A stretch of 60,052 nucleotides of DNA from Verrucomicrobiia bacterium (GTDB lineage: Bacteria; Verrucomicrobiota; Verrucomicrobiia; Limisphaerales; Palsa-1400): NCBI GenBank assembly GCA_035551475.1, contig DASZMX010000144.1, forward strand, positions 1-60,052, given 5' to 3'. The notes beneath the pieces were generated by a model, which saw only the letters and a list, made by a program, of their open reading frames with translations, was not told where the DNA came from and ran no database searches. The translations under genes and the position numbers were made by a program. This document shows, in pieces, positions 37,437 to 46,302 of the stretch; the stretch's first letter is position 1, and each line of letters begins with the position of its first letter.

Positions 37437-39164
37437 ATGACGGACGAGATTGCCAAACTGAAGGCGGCGCACGAGCGGCTCAAGTTGCTGTATCAAGTCA
37501 GCAACGTGATTCACTCCACGCTCGATCCGGCCAAGGCGCTGCAATTGATCATGCAGGAAGTGGTGCGCACGATGCGGGCCTCCAGCGGATCGGTGGCGCT
37601 CATCAACCCCAATTTTGGCTTCCTGGAAATTCACGCCGCCGCCGGCCTGCCCGCCGACGCCGCGCGGGTGAAGCTGCGCCTGGGCCAGGGCATCACGGGC
37701 TGGGTCGCGCGCACGGGCAAACCAGCCCGCATTGGCGATGTCCGCAGCGATCCGCGCTACGTGATGCTGCATCACGATGTTCGCTCGGAAATGGCCGTGC
37801 CGCTGGAAGTCCTGGGAGAAACGCGCGGCGTGTTGAACGTCGATTCCGACCGCGAAAACGCTTTCACCGCCGAAGACCAGGAGTTGCTGGAAGAATTGGC
37901 GGTGCAGGCGGCGAAGGTCATTCAAAACACCTGGCTTTACGAGCAATTGCGGCTCAAGGCCCGCCTCCTGGAAACGTTGGTCAGCGTCAGCCAGGCGATC
38001 AATTCCACGCTCAACGTGAACGACGCCCTTCAAGTCATCACCCGCGAAGCCTGCTCGCTGATGGAAGGCAAAATGTGTTCGCTGTTCATGCTCGATGAAA
38101 CCGGCGAATGGCTGGAGTTGCGCGCGAGTTTTGGGGCCGGCGAAGCCTACGTCAAAAAACCGCGACTCAGCGCGGCGGAAAGTTTTCTCGGTGTTGTGAT
38201 TCGGCGGCGCAAGCCGATGCAGTTGGAAAATGTGCAGACCTCGGCGCGGTATCAGAATGTCGCCATCGCGCGGAAGGAGGGATTGTTTTCCCTCTTGAGC
38301 GCGCCGTTGGTGTTCAGCAACCAGACCATCGGCGCCCTCAATGTTTACGCCGGCGAACCGCGCAGTTTTTCCAATGAGGAGATCCACATTCTAACCGCGC
38401 TCGCCGAGCTTTCCGCCATCGCGATTGAGAAGGCGCAGCTGTACGAGCGGATTGTCGATGTGGAGGAGCAATTGCGTCAAAACGAAAAATTTTCCGCGCT
38501 CGGCCTGCTGGCGGCGGAGGTGGCGCACGAGATCAGGAATCCGCTGACGGTGATGAAAATGCTTTATCACTCGCTCGGCCTGGAATTCCAGCCGGGCGAT
38601 CCGCGCGTGAAGGACGACGCGATCCTGCGGGAGAAAATGGATCACCTCAACAAAATCGTCGAGCAAATCCTGGATTTCGCGCGCGGCACGGAACCCAACT
38701 TAAGCGAGGTGAATGTCAACCAGGTGATTGACGATCTCGGCTTGCTCATCCGCCACAAACTGCGCAATCAGCGCATTCAATTCGTGCGGCGGTTTGCGGA
38801 CGATTTGCCGCCCGTGATGGCGGACAGCACGCAACTGGCGCAGGCGTTTTTGAATCTCACGCTCAATGCCGTCGAAGCCATGCCGGAGGGCGGCGTGCTC
38901 ACGATTTCCACCGCCGCGCTGCGCCTGCCGCGCGGGAGCGTGAAGCCCACCCACGTGACGATTGAATTCAAGGACACCGGCCAGGGCATGCCGCTGGAGC
39001 AGCGGCGCCGGGCGTTTTCCTCGTTACTCAGCACCACCAAGCAACGCGGCACCGGGCTTGGACTCGCCATCGTCGGCCGCGTGGTTGAAACGCATCGCGG
39101 CCGGGTGCGCATCCGCTCCAAGGAAGGCAAAGGGACGACCTTGATCATCACTTTGCCGGTGTGA
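37437..39164 (+). CDS. cytoplasmic sensor histidine kinase with tandem GAF domains
   Basis: ATG at 37437 (MTDEIAKL...); the track start 37428 is GTG. Two GAF domains (…GITGWVARTGKPARIGDVRSDPRY… and …LGVVIRRRKPMQLENVQTSARY…). H-box AHEIRNPLTVMKML. HATPase N/G boxes (LNLTLNAVEAM, GTGLGLAIVGRVVETHRG). No TM segment and no adjacent response regulator. Confidence 0.85.
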   Translation: MTDEIAKLKAAHERLKLLYQVSNVIHSTLDPAKALQLIMQEVVRTMRASSGSVALINPNFGFLEIHAAAGLPADAARVKLRLGQGITGWVARTGKPARIGDVRSDPRYVMLHHDVRSEMAVPLEVLGETRGVLNVDSDRENAFTAEDQELLEELAVQAAKVIQNTWLYEQLRLKARLLETLVSVSQAINSTLNVNDALQVITREACSLMEGKMCSLFMLDETGEWLELRASFGAGEAYVKKPRLSAAESFLGVVIRRRKPMQLENVQTSARYQNVAIARKEGLFSLLSAPLVFSNQTIGALNVYAGEPRSFSNEEIHILTALAELSAIAIEKAQLYERIVDVEEQLRQNEKFSALGLLAAEVAHEIRNPLTVMKMLYHSLGLEFQPGDPRVKDDAILREKMDHLNKIVEQILDFARGTEPNLSEVNVNQVIDDLGLLIRHKLRNQRIQFVRRFADDLPPVMADSTQLAQAFLNLTLNAVEAMPEGGVLTISTAALRLPRGSVKPTHVTIEFKDTGQGMPLEQRRRAFSSLLSTTKQRGTGLGLAIVGRVVETHRGRVRIRSKEGKGTTLIITLPV

Positions 39165-39170
39165 CGGCGC

Positions 39171-40490
39171 TCAGATAAACTCGTTGATCAAGTTCTCGAG
39201 GAATTCCTGGCGGCCGCTCGAGTTGGGCGCGGATTCGCCCTTCTTGAGCATGTATTTTTCCAGCGATTCAAAGGTGGCCTTGCCCGACTCGATTTCCTTG
39301 CCCACGCCGGTGTCCCAGGAGCTGTAACGCTCTTTGATGAATTGCGCGAGGCGCCCGTCCTTGCGGATGGCGGCGGCAATTTTCAGGCCGCGGGCAAAGG
39401 CGTCCATGCCGCCGATGTGCGCGTAAAACAAATCCTCAGGCTCAAAACTTTCGCGGCGAACCTTGGCGTCGAAATTCACGCCGCCAGTGGTAAATCCACC
39501 CATGCCGAGAATCACGGACATGCATTGGGTTGTCAAATAAATGTCCGTGGGAAACTGGTCGGTGTCCCAGCCGAGCAGCAGATCGCCCGTGTTGGCGTCG
39601 ATGGAGCCCAGGGCGTTGGCCGCCGCCGCCACTTCCATTTCGTGCTGCATGGTGTGGCCCGCGAGCGTGGCGTGGTTGGTTTCGAGGTTGAGCTTGAGAT
39701 GCGGCAGCAGGTCGTACTCGCGGAGAAAATTCAGGCACGCCGCCGCGTCGGAATCATATTGGTGCTTGGTCGGCTCTTTGGGTTTCGGTTCGATGTAAAA
39801 CTGCCCTTTGAAGCCGATTTTCTTTTTATGGCCCACAGCCAAATGCAAAAACTTCGCGAGATGATCCAGCTCGCGCTTCATGTCGGTGTTGAGCAACGAC
39901 GAGTAGCCCTCGCGTCCACCCCAGAACACGTAGCCGTCTCCGCCTAACTCATGCGTCACTTCGATGGCTTTTTTCGCCTGCGCGGCGGCGAACGCAAACA
40001 CGTCCGCATTGCAACTGGTGGCCGCGCCATGCGCAAAACGGGGATGCACAAACAGACAGGCCGTGCCCCACAGCAGTTTGATGCCCGTGCGCTTTTGCTC
40101 CTCCTTCAGAACTTGAACGATGGCATCCAGGTTCTTGTGCGACTGCGCCAGCGTTGCGCCTTCGGGGGCGACATCGCGATCGTGGAACGCGTAAAACGGC
40201 GCGCCCAATTTCTCGATAAATTCAAATGCCACCCGCGCGCGTTTTTTGGCGTTCTCGATCGAATCGCTAAAATCGTCCCAAGGGCGGATTGCCGTGGGCG
40301 AGCCAAACATATCGCTGCCGCGCCCCCGGAAAGTATGCCAGTAAACGACCGAGAAACGCAGGTGCTCCCGCATCGTTTTGCCCTCCACCATTTCGTCGGC
40401 GTTATAGTGTTTAAACGCGAGAGGGTTTTTCGACTTGGGCCCTTCGTAACTGATTTTCCCGATTTTTGGGAACGCTTGTGCTTTTGCCAT
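39171..40490 (-). CDS. xylA: xylose isomerase
   Basis: 439 aa. Signature blocks [10 protein letters not shown] and [10 protein letters not shown]. The C-terminal metal-binding region is conserved. Confidence 0.9.
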   Translation of the reverse strand: MAKAQAFPKIGKISYEGPKSKNPLAFKHYNADEMVEGKTMREHLRFSVVYWHTFRGRGSDMFGSPTAIRPWDDFSDSIENAKKRARVAFEFIEKLGAPFYAFHDRDVAPEGATLAQSHKNLDAIVQVLKEEQKRTGIKLLWGTACLFVHPRFAHGAATSCNADVFAFAAAQAKKAIEVTHELGGDGYVFWGGREGYSSLLNTDMKRELDHLAKFLHLAVGHKKKIGFKGQFYIEPKPKEPTKHQYDSDAAACLNFLREYDLLPHLKLNLETNHATLAGHTMQHEMEVAAAANALGSIDANTGDLLLGWDTDQFPTDIYLTTQCMSVILGMGGFTTGGVNFDAKVRRESFEPEDLFYAHIGGMDAFARGLKIAAAIRKDGRLAQFIKERYSSWDTGVGKEIESGKATFESLEKYMLKKGESAPNSSGRQEFLENLINEFI

Positions 40491-40560
40491 ACGGAATCTG
40501 CTAAAGAAAAACCATCAGGGGAGCAACTGAAAACGGGAAAAAAGCGCTCCAATCGTAGTT

Positions 40561-41418
40561 TTATCCATCCGATTGGCCCGAACGGGTGCGCATATAATGG
40601 AAAAGGTACTGCTGCGCGTAGCCGGCAAACGGCCCAAAATGCGTCTCGCTGAAGCGATGCAAACGCTTTAATTTGACGTGCCGCCTGGGAAAATAGAGCT
40701 GGCGCAACGCTTTCATCACCCAGACATCCACCGGAAAAGCCGTGGGAAAGCCATAGCCAAAGAGGAGCACGCAATCGGCAATTTTTCGCCCCACGCCGTG
40801 GAATTTGAGCAATTCCGCCCGCGCCTCCGCCAGCGGCATTTGGTAAAGACGCTCCAGGCTGATTTCTCCTTTTTGAATCGCTTGCGCCGTCGCCAGGAGG
40901 TACGGGGCGCGAAATCCCATTTTGCAGGCGCGAAGCTCAGCCTCAGACGCCGCCGCCATGCGCTCCACAGTCGGAAACGACCACGCCGGCCTGGCACCGA
41001 CCCCGACCGGCAGAGGATGGCCGAAGCGCTGGCAAAGATGTTCGATGATCTGTTTGATTTGAACGATCTGCTTGTTGGATGAGCAGATAAACGAAGCGAG
41101 GCATTCCCACGGCTCCTGCCGCAGCAGGCGCAAGCCGCGGCACGCGTGCGCCGCGGTGGTCATGGGCGCATCCGTCGGGAACGTGGCCAGCGCCGCGGCC
41201 AGGTCGAAGCGCGTTTGCAAATAAGTCTCTAGCCAATTCCAATCCGCCACATCCCGCGCCGTCTCGGCGGCAATCCCATCCGGTGTTTGGCGCAAACGCA
41301 CCCAGCGCCCCTCCACCACTCCGTCCCAAGCCCCATTCTCCTCGCGCCACCGAAAAGCCTGGCCGCACGCCAGCGTGGCGGCCAGATCATAATTCTTGAC
41401 CGTAAAGGACGTTCGCAT
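40561..41418 (-). CDS. ogg: 8-oxoguanine DNA glycosylase/AP lyase (OGG1-type HhH-GPD)
   Basis: In-frame ATG at 41416-41418 (MRTSFTVKNYDLAATLACGQAFRWRE...). HhH-GPD LLKFHGVGRKIADCVLLFG with catalytic Lys, followed by AFPVDVWVMKALRQLY (OGG1: VPVDVHMWHIAQRDY). 285 aa. The gene starts 7 nt after the stop of the upstream PAP2-GT gene on the same strand. Confidence 0.7.
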   Translation of the reverse strand: MRTSFTVKNYDLAATLACGQAFRWREENGAWDGVVEGRWVRLRQTPDGIAAETARDVADWNWLETYLQTRFDLAAALATFPTDAPMTTAAHACRGLRLLRQEPWECLASFICSSNKQIVQIKQIIEHLCQRFGHPLPVGVGARPAWSFPTVERMAAASEAELRACKMGFRAPYLLATAQAIQKGEISLERLYQMPLAEARAELLKFHGVGRKIADCVLLFGYGFPTAFPVDVWVMKALRQLYFPRRHVKLKRLHRFSETHFGPFAGYAQQYLFHYMRTRSGQSDG

Positions 41419-41425
41419 GAGCCCC

Positions 41426-43582
41426 CTAATGCAAGTGATGGCAGGCGAAAAGCTCCACCCGGCGCACGACTTTTCCGTCATGCACCACGTTTCGAATCCC
41501 GAGATTTTGCACCGATTCAAATTGCCGTGTGATTTCCGGCGGCGGGGGATCGCTGTGGGGATTTTTCAATTCGCTTTCGGACGGGAGGCCGAGGCGGCGA
41601 AAGAAAATGGCGTTTTGACCATGACGATCCAGGTAGTTCGGCCAGTAGAAGAATTGGTTTTGCGGCGTCGCGGTGGCATAGAAAAACACCAGCGGATCGG
41701 TCTGCACACGTTCCTTCGCCTCCGGCAAGTAGAACGTCACCTGCGATGTAATGCCGTAATGTTCGCCGATCAGAAACACCGGCGGGCCTTCCGCTGCGAG
41801 CTTCGTGCGCGCCGCTCCGACGATGCCCGCCAGCTCCTTCCATCCATGCACGCGGCCGAGCGGATCGAATTTCGCCGGCAGCGGACGGCTGATTAATTTC
41901 TCCAGCAAATGCGGGTCATGAAACAACACGACGGCCAGCGCGCCCACCCCCATGCCCGTTGCTAAAATGGGACGCAAAATGCGAGCGTGCGCCGTCCAGC
42001 GCGCCCGCCAATACACCACCATCAAACAAAACATCGGCGTAACCGCCGGCGCGATCCAATTTGGGAAAACCCGGCTGTGCCAGCTCCAGAAAAAGTACAA
42101 AAGAAAAAGCGGCATGCCCATGCTGAACAAAAAGAGCTGCAACGGATCGCGCCGTCCCTGCCGCCAAAATGCGACGGCCGCCCATATTGCTCCGACAAAA
42201 TAAACCGGATGCAGCAATCCGCCTTCCGCCAGCAAAAAATCGCCGACAAACGGGCGCGTCCAAGCCTGCCCGATATGGCCATCGCTCGCGACGTGTTTGA
42301 CCGTGATCCAGCCACGCTGCGCATTCCACACCAGCACCGGTGTCAAACAAATTGCAATCACCAGCAAAGCCAGCCACGGCCCACGCCTGCGCAAATGCGC
42401 GCGCGCAGGAGCCCACAAGGCAAAGAAAACCACCCAGCACACGAGCTGAAAGAGATTCGTGTATTTGCTCAAAAAACCGAGCCCGATCCAGAGCCCCACC
42501 CAAAGCCAATCGCGCGTCCGGCCCTCCGGCTGCGCGGCCCGCCAACCCATGATCATCGCCGCCGTCCAGAACAGCACCGAAAGGGGATCAATGGTCATCA
42601 ACACCGAACCGAGGGCCAATAATGGCGTGGTGCTGCAAATCAAAAGCAGCGCCAGCGCCGCTCGTCCGCCCGCCAATCGGTTCATGAAGCGCAGCAGCAA
42701 AAGCGAAATAAGAGCGGTGATAACCGGCGAGAAAAAGCGCACGCCAAATTCGCTGTCGCCCCAAAGATGAGTTCCGAGGAATTGCGTGCAGGCGATCAGC
42801 GGCGGCTTGCTGTAGTAAGACAGCGCCAAATGTTTCGACCAAATCCATTGGTACGCCTCGTCCTCGCTGAGTTCGAGACGCCCCACCGCCAGAAAAGCCA
42901 GCCGCAAACCAAACATGAGCGCGACCAGCGCGTACCCCAACCGCAGCCATTGCCCTTCATCAGCGGGCGCAATGTCCCGGCGCACATTCGGTTGCAGGAG
43001 CGACGGCAAACGCCGCCACCAATTCGTGAACCAGCGCGGCCCGAGCCATTGCCACAGCGCTTCCATCAGCCAGATGACCGCGGCGGCGTATCCGGCCCCA
43101 ATCACCGCCCCGGCCAGGACGTCGCTGGGATAATGCACGCCGTTGGCCACGCGCGAAAAGGCCACGAGCGTCGCCATGGGCAACAGCCAATAAATGCTCC
43201 GCCGATAATAAACAAATCCCACCAGCGCCGCGCTGAACCAATTCGCCGCGTGCGACGAGGGCATCGAAAAACTATCCGCCCGCCCCGTCAACACATGCGC
43301 CTCGAGGATTTCGTGAAACGGACGGGGCCGGGCCAGCGCGTGTTTGAGCGTGTCCACCACCAGCCAATTTCCCAATACGAGCGACAGCAAAATCGCGGCG
43401 ACACACAAGCGCCCGCGCGCCCCGCCCTTCCACGCCAGCCATGCCAGCAGCGCCACCGCCACCGCCACGCCATACGGCGGATCGCTCACGCGCGGCATCA
43501 GCCAATCGCCCAGCCCGTTGGCCAGCGACAGGTTGATCCAGCGAAAGACAGCGACGTCCGCTTGGTGCAGCCAATCCAGCAT
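41426..43582 (-). CDS. fusion membrane protein: N-terminal PAP2 phosphatase domain + ArnT/PMT-like (GT39/PMT_2) glycosyltransferase domain
   Basis: N-terminal PAP2 motifs (KHALARPRPF ... PSSHAANWFSAAL ... SRVANGVHYPSDVLAGAVIG). The remaining ~520 aa have multi-TM PMT_2 features (EDEAYQW..., SKYTNLFQLVCWVVFFALW). 718 aa. ATG at 43580-43582. Confidence 0.65.
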   Translation of the reverse strand: MLDWLHQADVAVFRWINLSLANGLGDWLMPRVSDPPYGVAVAVALLAWLAWKGGARGRLCVAAILLSLVLGNWLVVDTLKHALARPRPFHEILEAHVLTGRADSFSMPSSHAANWFSAALVGFVYYRRSIYWLLPMATLVAFSRVANGVHYPSDVLAGAVIGAGYAAAVIWLMEALWQWLGPRWFTNWWRRLPSLLQPNVRRDIAPADEGQWLRLGYALVALMFGLRLAFLAVGRLELSEDEAYQWIWSKHLALSYYSKPPLIACTQFLGTHLWGDSEFGVRFFSPVITALISLLLLRFMNRLAGGRAALALLLICSTTPLLALGSVLMTIDPLSVLFWTAAMIMGWRAAQPEGRTRDWLWVGLWIGLGFLSKYTNLFQLVCWVVFFALWAPARAHLRRRGPWLALLVIAICLTPVLVWNAQRGWITVKHVASDGHIGQAWTRPFVGDFLLAEGGLLHPVYFVGAIWAAVAFWRQGRRDPLQLFLFSMGMPLFLLYFFWSWHSRVFPNWIAPAVTPMFCLMVVYWRARWTAHARILRPILATGMGVGALAVVLFHDPHLLEKLISRPLPAKFDPLGRVHGWKELAGIVGAARTKLAAEGPPVFLIGEHYGITSQVTFYLPEAKERVQTDPLVFFYATATPQNQFFYWPNYLDRHGQNAIFFRRLGLPSESELKNPHSDPPPPEITRQFESVQNLGIRNVVHDGKVVRRVELFACHHLH

Positions 43583-43678
43583 AGAATAGTTTGGGCCGGG
43601 AATTTATCGCGCTCCCCGGCGCCAAGCGAGCCCCAAACATCTCGGCAAGCGCGGCGGTTCATGCTTTAGTCCGTGGCG

Positions 43679-46132
43679 ATGGATCGCGCGCGCGCATTTA
43701 AACTAGAGTCAGCATGGCGATGGCTCCTCGCGCTTCTTTTTTTCGGCGCGCTTACCTGCGTCGTCGCGATGGCGTGGTGGCAGGATAAAATTCAATTCCT
43801 TCCGCCCGGCTCGGCTCCTTGGATCGTGTATCCGCTGCCGCTCGATGCCCACGCCATTCCCGCCCTCGAACTGCCGGCGGAATTTCGTTGCCAATTCGTC
43901 CTCCCGGAAAAACCGGCGGCGGCCCAGCTGGAATGGCGCTGTTTCAAACGCGGCGAAATACGCATCAACGGGACAACGATCACAACGAATGCCGCGCATT
44001 GGAAATCTTTCTCCCACGCGGAAACAGCGTCCGCCCTGCGCGCCGGAACCAACGAAATCGCGGCCACGGTTTGGGCCGGAACCGGCCCGCCGGCGCTTTG
44101 TGTCAAGCTAACTGCGAGCGAGTTCATCCTGAAATCAGACACGTCATGGACGGTCTCATGGGCCGGCTCGCAGCGCCTCCCGGCGATGATTGCCGGGGAG
44201 GATTTGCCGCCGCGGCCCGGCAATGGGCTTTTCGGGTTTGAACAAACCGGCGAGGCTCTGCGCCGCGCGCTTCCTCTCGAAGGCCTGTTCGCGGCGCTCG
44301 CGGCGGCGGGAGTTTTCGCCGGCTGGAGGCTGCGGCGGACGCCCGCGATCTGCTGGCTGATTCTCGCGGTGGCTTGGGTTGTGTTGCTCGCGCATAATTT
44401 GCCCTATCGCACGGACACGCTGGGCTTCGATGCCCGGCGGCATTTGGAATACGCGGATTACATCCAGAAAAATCATGCCCTGCCTTTGGCCGGGCAGGGT
44501 TGGGAAATGTTCCAGGCGCCGTTGAATTATATTCTTTGGTCAAAATTATTGACAATCGTGGGGGCCGCGGCTGGCGAGGATGCCGGCCTGCGTGCGTTGC
44601 GATGTTGGAACATCGCCATCGGCGCCGCCACTATTGCTTTGATTGCGGCGGGCCTGGCGTTGCTCTTCCCGGGACAATGGAAAAAGCAAATTGCGGGCGC
44701 AACGCTTGCGGCCTTTGCGCCGTGGCATTTATGTCTGCTCCACTACACGACGAATGAATTGCTCGCTGGAATGTGGGGCGCTGCCGCCCTCTGCCTCACG
44801 CTCAAATGCCTGCAAGCCGAATCTCCGCCACCGCGCTGGTGCGCCGCCCTCGGCGTCGCGCTCGGCGCGGCCTGTCTGACCAAAGCTTCGGCGGTGGTTC
44901 TATTGCCGCCGATTTTCGTGGCCCTCGCGTGCCGATTGGCGGCGCGCCGCGCCCCACCGGCCGCTTGGTTGAACACCGTGGGAACTGCCTTGATCCTGAC
45001 CGTGGCGATCAGCGGCTGGCATTACGCGCGCGTCTGGAGGCATTACGGCAATCCTCTCGCCGGCAATTGGGACCCGGCCGTTTTCAAAGCCTGGTGGCAA
45101 CAGCCCGGGTATCTCACACCACGTTATTTTCTTTCGTTCGGTCGCGCCTTCACGTCGCCCTTCTTCAGCGGCTTCCACAGTTTTTGGGACGCGCTTTACA
45201 CCACCATGTGGGGCGACGGCTTGGTGGGAGGTTGGTCCAGCGTGGCCGGGCGGCCGCCGTGGAATTATGACCTGATGACGGTTGGCTTTGTTTTGGCTCT
45301 GGCGCCCATGACGCTGACACTGGCGGGCGCGGCGCTCATGCTCAAGCGGCTGGCGCAGGCGCCACGAGCCGAGGTTATTATTTTGACAGGCGCGCCGATG
45401 CTTTTCCTGTTCGCCGTCGCCGTCATGACGCTGAAACTCCCCTTCTATGCGCAAGCCAAGTCGTTTTACGCGCTGGCCGCCTTGCTGCCCTGCTGCGCCC
45501 TGGCGGTGGTTGGTTTCGACTTTTTTGCGTCGCGGCTGCCGCGTTGGGCGATGCTGGCGCTCACGCTCTGGCTGGGCTTGTGGCTGGTCAACAATTACGC
45601 GGCCTTCTGGATCAAACTCGATTCCGCCCCGGCCCGTCTCGGCATGGCGATGGCCAAATACGAAGATGGACGGCAGGACGCGACCACTGACTTTGCGACC
45701 GCGCTGGTGTCGGATCCCAATAATTCCACGGCCGCGGAATACCTCGCGTTTGCCGAAATCAAAGCCGGGCAAAAAGAGCAATCCGCCGACTTTGTCCAGC
45801 ATTGGGCCGCCCGCCATCCCGATGACAGCGTGATGGACGCGATGGCCGCCGCCAGTTTCGCGCAGCAAGGCGACCTGACCAACGCTCTGCGCCTGATTGA
45901 GCACGCTTCGGCCCTGGCGCCGGACGATTTCGCCATCAGCCAGGCCTGGATGCGTTTCGCCCACGCCGCCCGTCGCGAAGCGGAAACCGTCCAGGCTGGA
46001 GAATTCGTCCTGCACGACCACCCGGAAAACGTGGAAGCGCATAAAATCATGGCGGAGGCGCTGCTCTCGCTTGGCCAGACCAACGCCGCGAATTTGCACC
46101 TGGGTTGGGCGCGGGCGGCGCGCTCTCCCTGA
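43679..46132 (+). CDS. ArnT/TMTC-like polytopic membrane glycosyltransferase-family protein with N-terminal extracytoplasmic domain and C-terminal TPR repeats
   Basis: ATG at 43679 (MDRARAF...); the track start 43673 is GTG. More than 10 TM helices. C-terminal TPR-like repeats (DATTDFATALVSDPNNSTAAEYLAFAEIKAGQKE...). The family call rests on architecture only. Confidence 0.45.
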   Translation: MDRARAFKLESAWRWLLALLFFGALTCVVAMAWWQDKIQFLPPGSAPWIVYPLPLDAHAIPALELPAEFRCQFVLPEKPAAAQLEWRCFKRGEIRINGTTITTNAAHWKSFSHAETASALRAGTNEIAATVWAGTGPPALCVKLTASEFILKSDTSWTVSWAGSQRLPAMIAGEDLPPRPGNGLFGFEQTGEALRRALPLEGLFAALAAAGVFAGWRLRRTPAICWLILAVAWVVLLAHNLPYRTDTLGFDARRHLEYADYIQKNHALPLAGQGWEMFQAPLNYILWSKLLTIVGAAAGEDAGLRALRCWNIAIGAATIALIAAGLALLFPGQWKKQIAGATLAAFAPWHLCLLHYTTNELLAGMWGAAALCLTLKCLQAESPPPRWCAALGVALGAACLTKASAVVLLPPIFVALACRLAARRAPPAAWLNTVGTALILTVAISGWHYARVWRHYGNPLAGNWDPAVFKAWWQQPGYLTPRYFLSFGRAFTSPFFSGFHSFWDALYTTMWGDGLVGGWSSVAGRPPWNYDLMTVGFVLALAPMTLTLAGAALMLKRLAQAPRAEVIILTGAPMLFLFAVAVMTLKLPFYAQAKSFYALAALLPCCALAVVGFDFFASRLPRWAMLALTLWLGLWLVNNYAAFWIKLDSAPARLGMAMAKYEDGRQDATTDFATALVSDPNNSTAAEYLAFAEIKAGQKEQSADFVQHWAARHPDDSVMDAMAAASFAQQGDLTNALRLIEHASALAPDDFAISQAWMRFAHAARREAETVQAGEFVLHDHPENVEAHKIMAEALLSLGQTNAANLHLGWARAARSP

Positions 46133-46189
46133 CTTTCGCCAAATCGCTTGTGTTCAGGACAAGGGTGATTAATGTATGCCGTAGAGTTT

Positions 46190-46266
46190 GCGCGCGTAGC
46201 TCAATTGGATAGAGTGACGGCCTCCGAAGCCGCAGGTTGTGGGTTCAACTCCCGCCGCGCGCACCA
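46190..46266 (+). tRNA. tRNA-Arg (anticodon CCG)
   Basis: GCGCGCGTAGCTCAATTGGATAGAGTGACGGCCTCCGAAGCCGCAGGTTGTGGGTTCAACTCCCGCCGCGCGCACCA. It has a 7-bp GC acceptor, D arm GCTC..GAGT (G:U), anticodon stem ACGGC/GCCGC (one A.C mismatch), loop CTCCGAA (CCG), T arm GTGGG/CCCGC with TTCAACT, and an encoded CCA. 77 nt. Confidence 0.8.
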
Positions 46267-46302
46267 TTCCATTTTATTGACGCAGTTTTTTGAGGAACGT
46301 GT

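Noticed and set aside
44900-46099. 399-aa minus-strand ORF antisense to the TPR-glycosyltransferase gene
   Set aside because: Arg/Gly/His-rich with no TM or domain signals. The sense-strand gene has a coherent multi-TM plus TPR architecture.
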